From: Candidatus Parcubacteria bacterium
GTDB lineage: Bacteria; Patescibacteriota; Minisyncoccia; UBA6257; HR35
Reading direction: 5' to 3'
DNA: 64,000 nt
Assembly: GCA_025999335.1 (NCBI GenBank)
Contig: AP024681.1
Coordinates: 322,565 to 386,564 of the forward strand
Below are positions 48,246 through 59,256 of the stretch, piece by piece. The first letter of the stretch is position 1. Every line of letters begins with the position of its first letter. The translations under genes were made by a program, and so were the position numbers. A model generated the notes under the pieces. It worked only from the letters and a program-made list of their open reading frames with translations. It made no database searches and was not told where the DNA came from.

Positions 48246-48673
48246 TAAATACCAAAATTTAAAGCCTCTTCTTTGCTAGGAAACCAGATATCAATATGTT
48301 CATTGAATCTTTGGTTCATTTTATCTTCAATGATAAATATTTTATTACCAAAAACTCTGGGAATTCTTATTTTTGTTCCAAAAGGAAGGATATTTGAAGC
48401 TGCTATGCCATCTCTAACAGGCGTATTATAAGCTGTTATCCAAGGCGTATCGTCGGTTTCATCAAAACTTGAAGAATAGCCAGTTATATTTAAGAACATT
48501 ATTTTTTTAATTTTCGGCTCATTTTGGTTATGATTTGTTTTGATTTCATCTATATTTAAAAAAGCCCCTTGTTCAACTAAAGGGTTAATACTCGCTACTG
48601 ATGGCGAAAAGGCATTGGTAAATAAAGCCAAGGATAAAAGTGGCAATGATATTTTGATGAATATGTTTTTCAT
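48215..48673 (-). CDS. secreted 3D-domain protein (MltA-like/YabE-like cell-wall associated)
   Basis: 152 aa with a signal peptide. The C-terminal segment with conserved Asp residues (DETDDTPW...DGIAAS...RIP...DKMNQRFNEHIDIWF) matches the 3D domain. Confidence 0.55.
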   Translation of the reverse strand: MKNIFIKISLPLLSLALFTNAFSPSVASINPLVEQGAFLNIDEIKTNHNQNEPKIKKIMFLNITGYSSSFDETDDTPWITAYNTPVRDGIAASNILPFGTKIRIPRVFGNKIFIIEDKMNQRFNEHIDIWFPSKEEALNFGIYYDVLVEILE

Positions 48674-48883
48674 CGTAAGGTAATGCTTATAAATTATTAA
48701 TGATTAATTAATCTATTTTAAAAACCCCCAATAAGGGGGTTATTATAATATATATTATAAGATAAAAAATTTATTAAAGCAATTTTGGTTGTGGATAATT
48801 AAAGTCTTAAATACCTTGCAAAAAAAGGCTTTTTATATAGGTTTTTTAGGTATTTTTTAGCTTTTATGTTATAATCAAACATT

Positions 48884-49492
48884 ATGGAATTATTTTTAAT
48901 CATTTTTATCATTGTTTATTCAATTATTTTACATGAAATTGCCCACGGTTATGCTGCTTATCGTTTGGGAGATATGACTGCAAAATACGAAGGTAGATTA
49001 AGCCTTAATCCTTTGGTTCATATAGATATTTTTGGCACTATTTTACTGCCTATTTTAGGTTATATGTTTGGAGGAGTTATATTTGGCTGGGCAAAGCCTG
49101 TTCCTTATAATCCTTATAATTTAAACAATCCTCGTCGTGATTCTGTTGCTATTGCTTTAGTTGGACCTTTAACTAATTTAATTATTGCTTTATTATGTGT
49201 TTTTATGTATAAAATCCTCGCAGTGTTCAATTTTGATTCTTTTGCTGGTTTTGATTTTTTAAATTTATTAAAAGAAACTATAAAACTAAACATAGCTTTA
49301 GCAGTATTTAATTTTTTACCAATTCCACCTTTAGATGGCTCAAAGTTGCTTTTAACGAAATTATCTTTTGAAGATTACCATCAATTAGAATTATTAGGCT
49401 TTGTTTTATTGATATTTTTAGTTTTTTCTAGCTGGTTACCAGTGTTTGTAAATATAATAAGCAGTTTTGTATTTCGATTTTTCGGTATTTAG
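48884..49492 (+). CDS. membrane zinc metalloprotease, M50/site-2-protease-like family
   Basis: 202 aa polytopic membrane protein with HEIAHG (HExxH) in the first TM helix and a downstream LDG motif. Confidence 0.6.
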   Translation: MELFLIIFIIVYSIILHEIAHGYAAYRLGDMTAKYEGRLSLNPLVHIDIFGTILLPILGYMFGGVIFGWAKPVPYNPYNLNNPRRDSVAIALVGPLTNLIIALLCVFMYKILAVFNFDSFAGFDFLNLLKETIKLNIALAVFNFLPIPPLDGSKLLLTKLSFEDYHQLELLGFVLLIFLVFSSWLPVFVNIISSFVFRFFGI

Positions 49493-49495
49493 ATC

Positions 49496-51313
49496 TTAAA
49501 CATTTAACAAAGATCCTTTTGGTTCATTGATTAGTTTTTGAAACTGTTTTTTTTCTATTACTTCCTTCTTAATTAAAACTTTAGCTAATTTTTCAAGTTT
49601 ATCTTTTTTAATTTCTAAAATTTTTATGGCTCTTTCAAGGGCATTGTTTAAAATATTTTTAGTTTCATTATCTATTAATTCAGCCATTTTTTCAGAATAT
49701 TCTTTTTCGTAAAAGCTTTTGCCTATAAAACTTTGAGTTGAAGATGCTAGCGATATAGGTCCAATATTTTCTGACATACCAAAGCGAACAACCATTTGTT
49801 TAGCCATTTCTGTGGCTACCTCTAGGTCATTGCTTGCGCCAGTGGTGATATCATTAAAAACTAATTTTTCAGCAGCATAACCACCTAAAATTGAAGCCAG
49901 TTCGTCTAGAAATTCTTTCTTTGAATAAAAACTTTTTTCTTCTACAGGTAGTTTAAGAGTATAACCACCAGCCTTACCTCTGGAAACGATAGATATTTTT
50001 TGGACAGGGTGGCTATGAGGTAAGTAATGGGCTACAATCGCATGGCCACTTTCATGATAAGCAGCTATTTCTTTTTCTTTTTTAGAATAAACTTTTGTTT
50101 TTCTTTCGGGTCCTAATAAAACTTTTTCAATAGAATCTAATAATTCTTTTTGACTAATGCTGTCTTTATTGCGTCTCGCAGCTAAAATTGCCGCTTCGTT
50201 GCATAGGTTAGCTAAATCAGCTCCGGAAAAACCAGGAGTACGTTCGGCTACTTCTTTAATATTTGTTTTACCGATTTTTTTGTCTCTAAGGTGTATTTTT
50301 AAAATTTCTTCTCGAGCTTTAACATCGGGTAAATCTAAAACAATTTTTCGGTCAAACCTGCCTGGTCGCAATAAAGCGGGGTCTAAAACATCAGGTCTAT
50401 TTGTTGCGCCTAAAATTACAATTTTTGTGCCTTTTTCAAAGCCATCCATTTCAACTAAAATTTGATTTAAAGTTTGCTCACGTTCTTCATGTCCGCCGGT
50501 AATGCCAACGCTCCTTACTTTGCCTATGGCATCTAATTCGTCTATAAAAAGAATGCAGGGTTGATTTTTTTTAGCTATGGAAAAAGCATCACGGACTCTA
50601 CCTGCGCCAACGCCTACAAACATTTCAACAAATTCTGAACCTGATATATAAAAAAATGGTACATTAGCTTCTGAACTTACAGCTCGAGCTAAGAGTGTTT
50701 TACCGCTACCTGGAGGTCCAACAAGCAAAACTCCTTTAGGAATTTTAGCGCCGATACGAAAAAATTTTTGTGGATTTTTTAAAAATTCAACAATTTCCAT
50801 TAATTCTTCTTTAGCTTCTTCTAAGCCAGCTACATCTTTAAAAGTTACTTTATCAGGAGAGTTAGGATTATAAACCTTAATACCTGATTTACTAAAAGTA
50901 AATATTTGGCTTGTTCCTCTTTGAGCTTGTTTAAATATTTGCCAAAATATCCAGGCAATGATTAACAAAGGAACAATATTAAACAAAACAGCAAAAATAA
51001 TTTCTTTAAAATTAGTTGTTTTTTGTTCAATGTCTAAAGCAAAGATAGTGGTGGTATTAAGTCCATAGTCTTTAAAGATTTGGTAAACACTTTCCTTCGG
51101 ATCTTTGTTGGTAATATATATTTGATCTTTGCTTTCGCCAATAATTTGCGATTCGTCTCTAAGAATTATTCTAGTGATTTCGTTATTTTGTACTTTTTTA
51201 ATAAATTCAACTAAAGATATTTTTTGATTTTTATATGTTTCGTTAGCTCCTATAAAAATTAACAGAAAGAGCAATAACAAAGAAATAACTATGTATATAT
51301 TTTTATAGTTCAT
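49496..51313 (-). CDS. ftsH: ATP-dependent zinc metalloprotease FtsH
   Basis: 605 aa. TM anchor, AAA module ([19 protein letters not shown]), second region of homology, and HESGHAIV zinc site. Confidence 0.9.
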   Translation of the reverse strand: MNYKNIYIVISLLLLFLLIFIGANETYKNQKISLVEFIKKVQNNEITRIILRDESQIIGESKDQIYITNKDPKESVYQIFKDYGLNTTTIFALDIEQKTTNFKEIIFAVLFNIVPLLIIAWIFWQIFKQAQRGTSQIFTFSKSGIKVYNPNSPDKVTFKDVAGLEEAKEELMEIVEFLKNPQKFFRIGAKIPKGVLLVGPPGSGKTLLARAVSSEANVPFFYISGSEFVEMFVGVGAGRVRDAFSIAKKNQPCILFIDELDAIGKVRSVGITGGHEEREQTLNQILVEMDGFEKGTKIVILGATNRPDVLDPALLRPGRFDRKIVLDLPDVKAREEILKIHLRDKKIGKTNIKEVAERTPGFSGADLANLCNEAAILAARRNKDSISQKELLDSIEKVLLGPERKTKVYSKKEKEIAAYHESGHAIVAHYLPHSHPVQKISIVSRGKAGGYTLKLPVEEKSFYSKKEFLDELASILGGYAAEKLVFNDITTGASNDLEVATEMAKQMVVRFGMSENIGPISLASSTQSFIGKSFYEKEYSEKMAELIDNETKNILNNALERAIKILEIKKDKLEKLAKVLIKKEVIEKKQFQKLINEPKGSLLNV

Positions 51314-52355
51314 TAGCCAGTTTAAGAATTAAGCTTTTGTCTTCGTTTTTTAATTTTTCAATAATAAAGTCGTAAGTTTTATCTACTTCTAATTTATTTA
51401 GATTTTCGAAAATCAAACCTTTAGCGCCGTTGACTTCAACAACGCCGAAAATATCATTTTTAGATTTAACAACGCCGCTCACTTTATCGCCTTCTTTATA
51501 TTTTTTAAGAATTTGCACCCAAGGATCAATAGTTAAGTTTTTTAAGCTAAAATTTGCTCTATTATTTTTTATTTGAATAAGCTTCGCTTCTATTTCCATA
51601 CCTATTTTAAAATTTTTTTCAAGGTTTGCCAATTGTTCTTCAGGAATTTCTGAAGCATGAATTAATCCGTCCATTGCCGGATTATCGTTAAATCTTACGA
51701 AAAGTCCAAAGTTGCTAATACTAACAATTCTAACTTTCATAATGTCGCCAATAATCATTTTTTTGAAAACTTCTTGATAAAGTTCTTCTTTAGCTGCTTT
51801 TTCTGACAAGATTAACTTGTTTTGTTTTAACTCTGCAGAAACAATGCGACATTTTATTTTTTGGCCTATGAATTTTTTTAAATGTTCAAGAATAGCATTT
51901 TTATCATTTTTTTCATTAATACGTGGATAGTATTCAGGTGACATTTGCGATAAGGGAATAAAGCATGGCATACCTTCAACTTCACCTAACCATCCTCCTC
52001 GATTTGCATCTTTAATTTCAATCTCCAATAAATCGTTTTTTTGGTAGTGAGTTAAAATTTTTTGCCATTTGTCAATGTTAGAAATTTCCTGGAGGATAAC
52101 CTCGTAATTTCCGTAATCATCGCTTAAACCTATGATTTTTACCCCGACTTTATCACCAACTTTCAATTGTTGAGCTAAATTTTTGCATTGCAAATAATAT
52201 ATACCGTATAAGCGTCCTGTGCCATAAGGACTTAAATCAATTATTATCTCATTACGTTTTTTACTCATCACTGTTCCTTGAAGAATAGAATCAATTTCTA
52301 AAGGCTTCGCTAGCTTTAATTTAATATTGTTATTAGCTTGTTTAACTTCAGTCAT
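51303..52355 (-). CDS. S1 RNA-binding domain repeat protein (reduced ribosomal protein S1-like)
   Basis: 350 aa with about four S1/OB-like repeats (for example GDKVSGVVKSKNDIFGVVEVNGAKGLI and GDIMKVRIVSISNFGLFVRF). Confidence 0.5.
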   Translation of the reverse strand: MTEVKQANNNIKLKLAKPLEIDSILQGTVMSKKRNEIIIDLSPYGTGRLYGIYYLQCKNLAQQLKVGDKVGVKIIGLSDDYGNYEVILQEISNIDKWQKILTHYQKNDLLEIEIKDANRGGWLGEVEGMPCFIPLSQMSPEYYPRINEKNDKNAILEHLKKFIGQKIKCRIVSAELKQNKLILSEKAAKEELYQEVFKKMIIGDIMKVRIVSISNFGLFVRFNDNPAMDGLIHASEIPEEQLANLEKNFKIGMEIEAKLIQIKNNRANFSLKNLTIDPWVQILKKYKEGDKVSGVVKSKNDIFGVVEVNGAKGLIFENLNKLEVDKTYDFIIEKLKNEDKSLILKLANEL

Positions 52356-52573
52356 TGTTTTGTTTTAATAATTTAATTCAAATTTAAATTGAATAATAAA
52401 TAACGATTTTATTATTATATCATAAAATTTAAACAACAAATTTAAATTATAATTAATTTCAAGTTTTATTCTCTAAAAACTTGATATTAATTTTCAATTG
52501 ATATATATTATAATAAAATATTATAAAAAAGCTTTATAATTATATTTTAATTAAATATTTTTAAAGTTCAACT

Positions 52574-53071
52574 ATGGAAATTAAAAGTCATAAAAACTTC
52601 GCGGAAATTAATGTTGGAGCCATTAGTTTTTTTTGTGATCCTTCGGATGATTTTTTGGCCGAAGTTGATAATAAAAATGTGATTTTATTGTCAAATCCGT
52701 CTTTAGATTTAAATTATAACCGCATCTTTAATGCGGCTGGCGAATATAATGTTGATGATGTGTATTTTTGGGGCTTTAATAATAAAAAAAATATTGCTTA
52801 TTTATTAGAATATAAAAAAAATTTTCTTTTTTATTGCAATGGCGGCGTTGCGCAAGAAACAATTAAGCATATTAAGGCGTTTTATAAGAATATAGATGTT
52901 TTACTTTTAGGCAAAGACAATACTGATAAGGAGATTATTGCTGCCTTAAAGCCGAAAATTATTTTTTCTTTTAGGAATATTGAGGTTAATAAATTTACAA
53001 AAGAAAAAATATCTAAAGTTAAATTAAATTTTAAAAAGGTCGAAAATGTTTTATATATTTTTTCATCATGA
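52574..53071 (+). CDS. hypothetical protein (165 aa)
   Basis: ORF preceded by a long AT-rich spacer. No motif recognised. Confidence 0.3.
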   Translation: MEIKSHKNFAEINVGAISFFCDPSDDFLAEVDNKNVILLSNPSLDLNYNRIFNAAGEYNVDDVYFWGFNNKKNIAYLLEYKKNFLFYCNGGVAQETIKHIKAFYKNIDVLLLGKDNTDKEIIAALKPKIIFSFRNIEVNKFTKEKISKVKLNFKKVENVLYIFSS

Positions 53072-53268
53072 AAAAACTTAATCCTCATTTTTTAGCCCTT
53101 ATGGTTGTCGTAGGATTATATTTATTATGGTGGTTAAGTGGTGGTAATTTTTTAGGAGTTGTTCAACGTCCTTCGCCATTAACAGTAGGCACAGCTTTTA
53201 TTGCTAATAATCTTAAATTAGGCGCGATTACTGTCTTCGAATCTTTTTATAAAGTAATTAATAAATAA
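53068..53268 (+). CDS. small membrane protein (66 aa)
   Basis: Short ORF overlapping the previous stop. One TM helix. Confidence 0.25.
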   Translation: MKKLNPHFLALMVVVGLYLLWWLSGGNFLGVVQRPSPLTVGTAFIANNLKLGAITVFESFYKVINK

Positions 53269-53280
53269 TTTATTATCTTA

Positions 53281-55596
53281 ATGAAAGAAAAAATTTTCTC
53301 TCAAGATCTTACCGAAGAATTAAGGCAAGCTTATTTAGATTATGCGATGAGCGTGATTGTTTCTCGAGCTTTGCCTGATGCTCGTGATGGTTTAAAGCCT
53401 GTGCAACGGCGTATTTTGTATACAATGAAAGAATTAAGTCTTTGGCCCAATGATAAATTTACCAAATGTGCTAATATCGTTGGTAATACCATAGCTCGTT
53501 ATCACCCTCATGGCGATCAGGCTGTTTACGATGCTTTAGTAAGGATGGCTCAAGGTTTCTCTTTGCGCTATCCTTTAATTATTGGTCAGGGAAATTTTGG
53601 TTCGATTGATGGCGATCCGCCAGCTGCTTATCGTTATACTGAAGCTAAATTGTCGTCTTTTTCTGTAGAAATGTTGTCTGACATTGATAAAGAAACAGTT
53701 GACTTTCGACCTAATTATGACAATACTAAAGAGGAACCTGTAGTACTGCCATCACGATTTCCTAATTTAATTGTTAATGGTTCTTTAGGCATAGCCGTTG
53801 GTATGGCAACAAGCATTCCGCCTCATAATTTAACAGAAGTAATGAAGGCGGTAAAATTTTTATTGCAAAACAATCTTAAAGCAGACATTGACGAACTTTT
53901 AACAATTATTCAAGGACCAGATTTTCCTACCGGTGGTTTAATTTACGGCGTAGGCGGTTTAAAGAATTCTTATTTAGAGGGCAAGGGTAGTATTATTTTA
54001 AGAGGCGAGGTTATAACTGAACAAGCTAAAAAAACAAGGTTAGTAATTATCTCTTTGCCATGGCAAGTGAACAAATCCGAACTTGTTAAAGAAATAGCTA
54101 ATTTAGCTTTAGAGAAAGTTATACCGGAAATAAAAGATGTTCGTGACGAATCAAATAAAGATGGCGTAAGAATTGTTATTGACATTAAAGATGGCGATCT
54201 TGATAAAATTAAAGCTAATTTATATCGTTTGACTTCTTTGCAAAAAACTTTTTATTTAAATTTAATTGCTCTTGATCAAGGCTTGCAACCAAAAATTTTT
54301 AATTTAAAAGAATTGTTGTTGGCGTGGATTTATCATCGTCAGGATGTCATTCGTCGACGCACAAAGTTTGACTTAGACAAAAATAAAGAGCGCGTTCATT
54401 TGCTTGAAGGCTTTGATAAAGCTTTAGAAGATTTAGATAAAGTGATTAATATTATTAAAAAATCTAAAGATAAAAACGACGCTCTTATTAATTTGAAGAA
54501 GAAATTTTCTTTAAGCGATAAGCAAGCCGATGCTATTTTAGAAATGCCTTTACGTACTTTAACTCAGCTTGAGAGGCATAAAATTTTACAAGAATTAAAA
54601 GAACGTCTTTCGCTTATAAAAGAACTGGAAACTATTTTAAAAAACCCTAAAAAAATCGATGAATTAATTATTAAAGAAGCCGATGAGATTATAAAAAAAT
54701 ATCCTTCGCCACGCTTAACCAAGATTGTTCATTCCCAAGATCTTGAAATTAGCAAAGAGCAAAAAATACCCTTAGAAAAAGTATGGTTAATCATTGATAA
54801 TAAACATTTTGTTTCTTTAGCGCCAATTGATAAATTAAGCATTGATAAATTATTTAAAAAAGAACCAATTAAGTTCTTGTCAATTGTTAATACAACTGAT
54901 AAGCTATTAGCCATTAGCAAGAAAGGCAGAGTATATACTCTTAATCTTAGCAATTTCTATTTTAGCGGCAAATATCTTGAATCACAAATTAATTTAGACA
55001 AAGACGATGCTATTGTTTCTGTTTTGCCAAATCCTGATCAGGCTAAATATTTATTATTGATTACCCATAATGGTTTTGGTAAAAAGGTTGCTTTAAAGGA
55101 TATTCTTAGTAATAGACGTAACGGCGTACAAGCCATTAAGATGAAAAATGATTTTTTGGTTGATGGTGTTTTTGTTCAAGATTCAAATATTGTTGGTTTG
55201 ATTAATAACAAAGGCAATATTTTATTGCTAAAATGTACCTTACCGGTTCAAGGTAAAAGCGCTAAGGGATTAAAAATGATGCGTGATGGCGGTATAGAAA
55301 AAGTTTTTCTTTATCAAAGCGATATCTTATTATTAATATTTGAAAAAGGCTTCTATAAAAAGATAAACTTAAAGGAAATTAAGATTCAAAATCGAGGCAC
55401 TAAAGGTGTTAAGTTATTTGATAATAAATATGGCAGATTATTGTTAGCGCAGACATTAAGTGATAATAAGGAAATTATTATTTTTGGCGATCAACTAAAG
55501 AGAATTTCTCTTAATAGTTTAAGTCTTAGCAAGCGCATTAGTTCACCTAAACAGCTTGATAAGATTGAATTGATTAATTCTTGCTTGCTTTTATAG
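53281..55596 (+). CDS. gyrA: type IIA topoisomerase subunit A (GyrA/ParC-like), shortened C-terminal domain
   Basis: The N-terminus [30 protein letters not shown] and the active-site region [10 protein letters not shown] match GyrA/ParC. 771 aa, and no gyrB is adjacent. Confidence 0.75.
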   Translation: MKEKIFSQDLTEELRQAYLDYAMSVIVSRALPDARDGLKPVQRRILYTMKELSLWPNDKFTKCANIVGNTIARYHPHGDQAVYDALVRMAQGFSLRYPLIIGQGNFGSIDGDPPAAYRYTEAKLSSFSVEMLSDIDKETVDFRPNYDNTKEEPVVLPSRFPNLIVNGSLGIAVGMATSIPPHNLTEVMKAVKFLLQNNLKADIDELLTIIQGPDFPTGGLIYGVGGLKNSYLEGKGSIILRGEVITEQAKKTRLVIISLPWQVNKSELVKEIANLALEKVIPEIKDVRDESNKDGVRIVIDIKDGDLDKIKANLYRLTSLQKTFYLNLIALDQGLQPKIFNLKELLLAWIYHRQDVIRRRTKFDLDKNKERVHLLEGFDKALEDLDKVINIIKKSKDKNDALINLKKKFSLSDKQADAILEMPLRTLTQLERHKILQELKERLSLIKELETILKNPKKIDELIIKEADEIIKKYPSPRLTKIVHSQDLEISKEQKIPLEKVWLIIDNKHFVSLAPIDKLSIDKLFKKEPIKFLSIVNTTDKLLAISKKGRVYTLNLSNFYFSGKYLESQINLDKDDAIVSVLPNPDQAKYLLLITHNGFGKKVALKDILSNRRNGVQAIKMKNDFLVDGVFVQDSNIVGLINNKGNILLLKCTLPVQGKSAKGLKMMRDGGIEKVFLYQSDILLLIFEKGFYKKINLKEIKIQNRGTKGVKLFDNKYGRLLLAQTLSDNKEIIIFGDQLKRISLNSLSLSKRISSPKQLDKIELINSCLLL

Positions 55597-55614
55597 AGAA
55601 TAAGAATTTTTTAT

Positions 55615-56148
55615 TTGACTATATCAATGTTTTTAAAACCTCAAAATATTTTAAACGAGTTAAGAAATAATAAAATTATCACGCCTTCAATGAAAGGAGC
55701 TGATTTTGGTTGTGGTTCTGGTTATTTTACAGCTTTATTAGCTAATGAAGTTGGACAAAACGGTTTAATTTATGCCATTGATATTCAAGAAGATGTTCTT
55801 AAGGAAGCGCAAGAATTTCTTAAGAATTTAAATATTAATAATGTTCGTTTTATTTTAGCTGATCTTGAAGAAAATTCTCAGTTAGAGTCGGAAACTTTAG
55901 ATTTTGTTTTTATTTCGCAATTATTATTTCAAGTTGAAAATGTTGAGAGAATTTTTTTTGAAGCAAAAAGAGTTTTGAAAAAAAATGGTTATCTAATTAT
56001 TGTTGAGCCTTTAAGAGATAATTATTTATTTCGAGAATATAAAGTTTTATCTGAAAATAATATCGAATCTTATCTTAATGAAAATGGATTTAAAATAATA
56101 TTAATGAAAAAGTTTAGCGGTTATTTTTTATCAGTTAGCCAAAAATGA
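55615..56148 (+). CDS. class I SAM-dependent methyltransferase
   Basis: 177 aa. Motif I DFGCGSGYFT plus motif II/III spacing. Confidence 0.6.
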   Translation: MTISMFLKPQNILNELRNNKIITPSMKGADFGCGSGYFTALLANEVGQNGLIYAIDIQEDVLKEAQEFLKNLNINNVRFILADLEENSQLESETLDFVFISQLLFQVENVERIFFEAKRVLKKNGYLIIVEPLRDNYLFREYKVLSENNIESYLNENGFKIILMKKFSGYFLSVSQK

Positions 56149-57305
56149 ATCTCAATTCTTTAGCTGATAAAATTAGAGATTGGGATAGCATCACTAAGTT
56201 AAAAATTCTCTTTTTCTTGATTGTTTTAGCGCTTATAGGTTTTTTTGTTATTAAAAATGTTTTTTTTGGTCAACAGAAAAGCAATTTACCTTGTTTTCGA
56301 GCTACAATTCGTATTTGGAGTCCTTTTAATAATAATGATTTGCTGGCAGTTTTAAATCCATTACACTCATATTGCATATCGTTTGTTTTTGAAAATAAAA
56401 CTTTAGACGATATAGATATGGATTTTATTGATAGTTTATTGAATAATAAATATCCTCATATTGTTTACTTGGATGATAATTTATTAAATAAATATCAAGA
56501 ACATTTAGTATCTGAACCAATTCTTTTTAATGTAGATACTTTAATTTCTTATTACAATAAAGATTATCTAAATTTTTTAGGTTTGCCAAAACTAAAAACT
56601 ATTGATGACATTCCGACTTTTGTTTCCCAAGCAAAAGCATCGTTAAAAAAAGATGTTTATCCTGTTGGCTTAGGTAGCGTAGAAATTCGCAATTATAAAG
56701 AAATAATTTTTTCTATTTTTAGTGGTTATATGCGAATATCTAATAACTTTAAACCGCAGGAAACCTTTAAAAAAACAATGGATTTTTATACCTCTTTTTC
56801 TGATCCAACATCGCCAAATTTCAGTTATCCTTTAGATAGTGGTAGCGATATTCAAAATTTTGCTGCTGAAAAATTAGTAGTTTATTTCGGTTTTTATCAA
56901 GATAAAAATGAGATTAATAAATTTAATCCCCGGCTTAATTATGAAATATATTATTTCCCAAATGTTTTACCGCCTAAAATAATTTTATCTTCTAAAAGAT
57001 ATTATTGGGCTATTGTTAAAAGAGATAACATCAATCTTTCTAAAGATGTTCTTAATTTCTTTATAAAAAAAAATCCTGATTCGTTAGATTCTTTTATCAA
57101 AAAATATGATTTGGTGTCGGAATGGGAACGCCAACCATCTCAAGATAAACAAATAGTTTTGGAATCTTTTAAAAATTATGGCACAAACATTGATTATAAA
57201 ACTAAATTATCGATATTAAGATATATTAGTGATTATTTAAATAATATCGATAATCCTGTTGAAGCAAATAAAATATTAAATTTTGTTAATTCAATTAGAT
57301 TTTAA
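56145..57305 (+). CDS. hypothetical membrane-anchored protein (386 aa)
   Basis: N-terminal TM helix then a large soluble domain. No motif recognised. Confidence 0.35.
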   Translation: MNLNSLADKIRDWDSITKLKILFFLIVLALIGFFVIKNVFFGQQKSNLPCFRATIRIWSPFNNNDLLAVLNPLHSYCISFVFENKTLDDIDMDFIDSLLNNKYPHIVYLDDNLLNKYQEHLVSEPILFNVDTLISYYNKDYLNFLGLPKLKTIDDIPTFVSQAKASLKKDVYPVGLGSVEIRNYKEIIFSIFSGYMRISNNFKPQETFKKTMDFYTSFSDPTSPNFSYPLDSGSDIQNFAAEKLVVYFGFYQDKNEINKFNPRLNYEIYYFPNVLPPKIILSSKRYYWAIVKRDNINLSKDVLNFFIKKNPDSLDSFIKKYDLVSEWERQPSQDKQIVLESFKNYGTNIDYKTKLSILRYISDYLNNIDNPVEANKILNFVNSIRF

Positions 57306-57311
57306 ATATTT

Positions 57312-57746
57312 ATGCAGCAAAATTATTTACAACAATTTTTATTTATAATAATGATTTTAATTATATTTTCGCCTATATTTATTAAAGCAGCAAGAGTTGA
57401 TTTAGCAAGCATTGTTGTTTGTTCAGCAACCCCTTGTACTTGGGGAGATTTTATAGCTACTTTGCAAAATGTTATAAAAGCAATTGTCGAAATATCTTTT
57501 TATTTAACTGTTTTATTTAGCGTTATTGGTTCTTTTATGATTATGTTTCACGGACCAAGGCCTGATTTTTATCAGAAAGGTAAAAGTTTTATTCAAATTT
57601 CGATTACTGGCTATATTATTTTATTATTTTCAGCATTGATTTTTGATACTATATTAGGCATTTTACAACCTCAATTTGTTAGTCAATATTTTTTTAAAAT
57701 TATAGAGATAACAAAAATTTTAAGTCTTAATAATTATTTTAATTAA
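57312..57746 (+). CDS. VirB2/TrbC-like (T4SS-type) pilin family protein 1
   Basis: 144 aa. Signal/TM, Cys pair (CSATPC), then two hydrophobic helices separated by a short basic loop. Member of a tandem array. Confidence 0.5.
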   Translation: MQQNYLQQFLFIIMILIIFSPIFIKAARVDLASIVVCSATPCTWGDFIATLQNVIKAIVEISFYLTVLFSVIGSFMIMFHGPRPDFYQKGKSFIQISITGYIILLFSALIFDTILGILQPQFVSQYFFKIIEITKILSLNNYFN

Positions 57747-57748
57747 TT

Positions 57749-58162
57749 ATGAAATATTTTTATTTTTTATTAATAAGTATGCTATTTGTTTTTAATTTTA
57801 CGCCTAATTCATTTATGATTCAAGCTCAAAGTGCTGCTTCTTATTCGCCGGTGATCTATTATAATTCTTTAAAATCAGCTATTTTAGGTTCTTTAAGATG
57901 CGGACAAGTTCCGACGCCAACATCAGCTTGGACGCAGTTAAAACAATGTTTACTTGATGCTGTGTCGTCTTTAAGAGGTATATCCTTGCTGTTTTTAGCT
58001 TTAGCAATTATTGGATCAGGTATTTACTTATTAACAACGCCATTGTTTGGTCTTAAAAATATAGCTTTGGCTTATAAAATTTTAACTTGGTCAATTATTG
58101 GCTTTATTATTATTTTAACCGCTGATATTATTGTTGGACAGTTAGACCTTCTTTTAAGATAA
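57749..58162 (+). CDS. VirB2/TrbC-like pilin family protein 2
   Basis: 137 aa with the same architecture. Cys pair in the mature N-terminal region. Confidence 0.5.
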   Translation: MKYFYFLLISMLFVFNFTPNSFMIQAQSAASYSPVIYYNSLKSAILGSLRCGQVPTPTSAWTQLKQCLLDAVSSLRGISLLFLALAIIGSGIYLLTTPLFGLKNIALAYKILTWSIIGFIIILTADIIVGQLDLLLR

Positions 58163-58165
58163 AAA

Positions 58166-58594
58166 ATGTTAGTTCGTAAAAAATTTTTATTTATTTATCT
58201 AATATTTATACTTATTATTCCAATATATAATTTTTATGTACTTTCAGGAAGCGATGAAACTGCAAAAGTAGAAATTAGTTTTGTTACTTACACAGCTGCT
58301 GTTTGTCCGCCTTCTATTTTGGGTATACCTAGTTCGCGAGCTTCTTGCACTTTTCCTTCAATTGTTGATATTATTGCTACTACTTCTAATTTTATTATTT
58401 CTGAGTTAGCTCCTTTAACTTTAGTTATTTTAATTATAATAGGCGGATTTTTATATATTTTAATGGTATTTCAACCATCTTTTCTTGAATTAGGGCATAA
58501 GTATATTCAATGGGGAATTTATGGCTATGTTATTTTACTTTTGATTTTTTCAATCTTAGTATTTATTCAAACCACTTTTACACCATCGCCATAA
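58166..58594 (+). CDS. VirB2/TrbC-like pilin family protein 3
   Basis: 142 aa with the same architecture (CPPS...SCTFPS). Confidence 0.5.
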   Translation: MLVRKKFLFIYLIFILIIPIYNFYVLSGSDETAKVEISFVTYTAAVCPPSILGIPSSRASCTFPSIVDIIATTSNFIISELAPLTLVILIIIGGFLYILMVFQPSFLELGHKYIQWGIYGYVILLLIFSILVFIQTTFTPSP

Positions 58595-58694
58595 AAATTT
58601 TTTTATAAAATGTGTTATAATTAAAATGGAAGTATAAAGCAAATAACACTGGTCGTTATTAAATAATTAATTTTTAAAAACTTCTCTTTTAAAA

Positions 58695-59126
58695 ATGACT
58701 TATCTTAGTCGTCAAAATAAAGCAAAAAAAATTATTTTCGTGTTATTTTTCTTAGGATTATTATCTTTAGCGACTTTCAAATTTGTTTATGCTCAGACTG
58801 GTGGTACTGGTGGCACAGGGGGTACGGCTACTGGTCCTTTTGATATAGTGCCGTCCGGTGTGCCTACCACTATATGTGGCGAGAGGGACAATCTTTTAGT
58901 ATGCGGTGGTAAATGGGCAACAACTATTTTAAGATATTTAATTTTCATTGCCGTAGCTTTTTCTGTAATAATGATTGCTTATGCTGGCGTAGAATATATA
59001 CTATTTGGTGGTGGAGACGGAGCTAAAAATGCTAAAAATAGAATTATATACGCTATTGTTGGATTAGTTATTGCTTTTATAGCTTTTGTGGCCGTTAGAA
59101 TGATAGTCAATACTCTTACTTCATAA
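58695..59126 (+). CDS. VirB2/TrbC-like pilin family protein 4 (Gly-Thr repeat after signal peptide)
   Basis: 143 aa. Signal peptide, QTGGTGGTGGTATGP, Cys pair (TICGERDNLLVCGG), then two TM helices. Confidence 0.55.
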   Translation: MTYLSRQNKAKKIIFVLFFLGLLSLATFKFVYAQTGGTGGTGGTATGPFDIVPSGVPTTICGERDNLLVCGGKWATTILRYLIFIAVAFSVIMIAYAGVEYILFGGGDGAKNAKNRIIYAIVGLVIAFIAFVAVRMIVNTLTS

Positions 59127-59256
59127 AATCCATAATTATTCATAAAAGATTTAGAGTATATAAGTTATTTAAAATTAAAAATTTATACCTTGATCTGAAG
59201 AAATTATGGTGAATTTTTAGTTATTTAAGGTTAAAGTTATATAAATACGTTAGTTT

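Noticed and set aside
48700-48745. Hairpin AAACCCCC-AATAA-GGGGGTT in the divergent promoter region between the 3D-domain gene and the M50-like gene
   Set aside because: It lies upstream (5') of both flanking genes, so it is not a terminator for either. Without conservation data I cannot argue for a regulatory role.
50157-50465. 102-aa plus-strand ORF inside ftsH
   Set aside because: It is antisense to a highly conserved AAA region of FtsH and has no features of its own.
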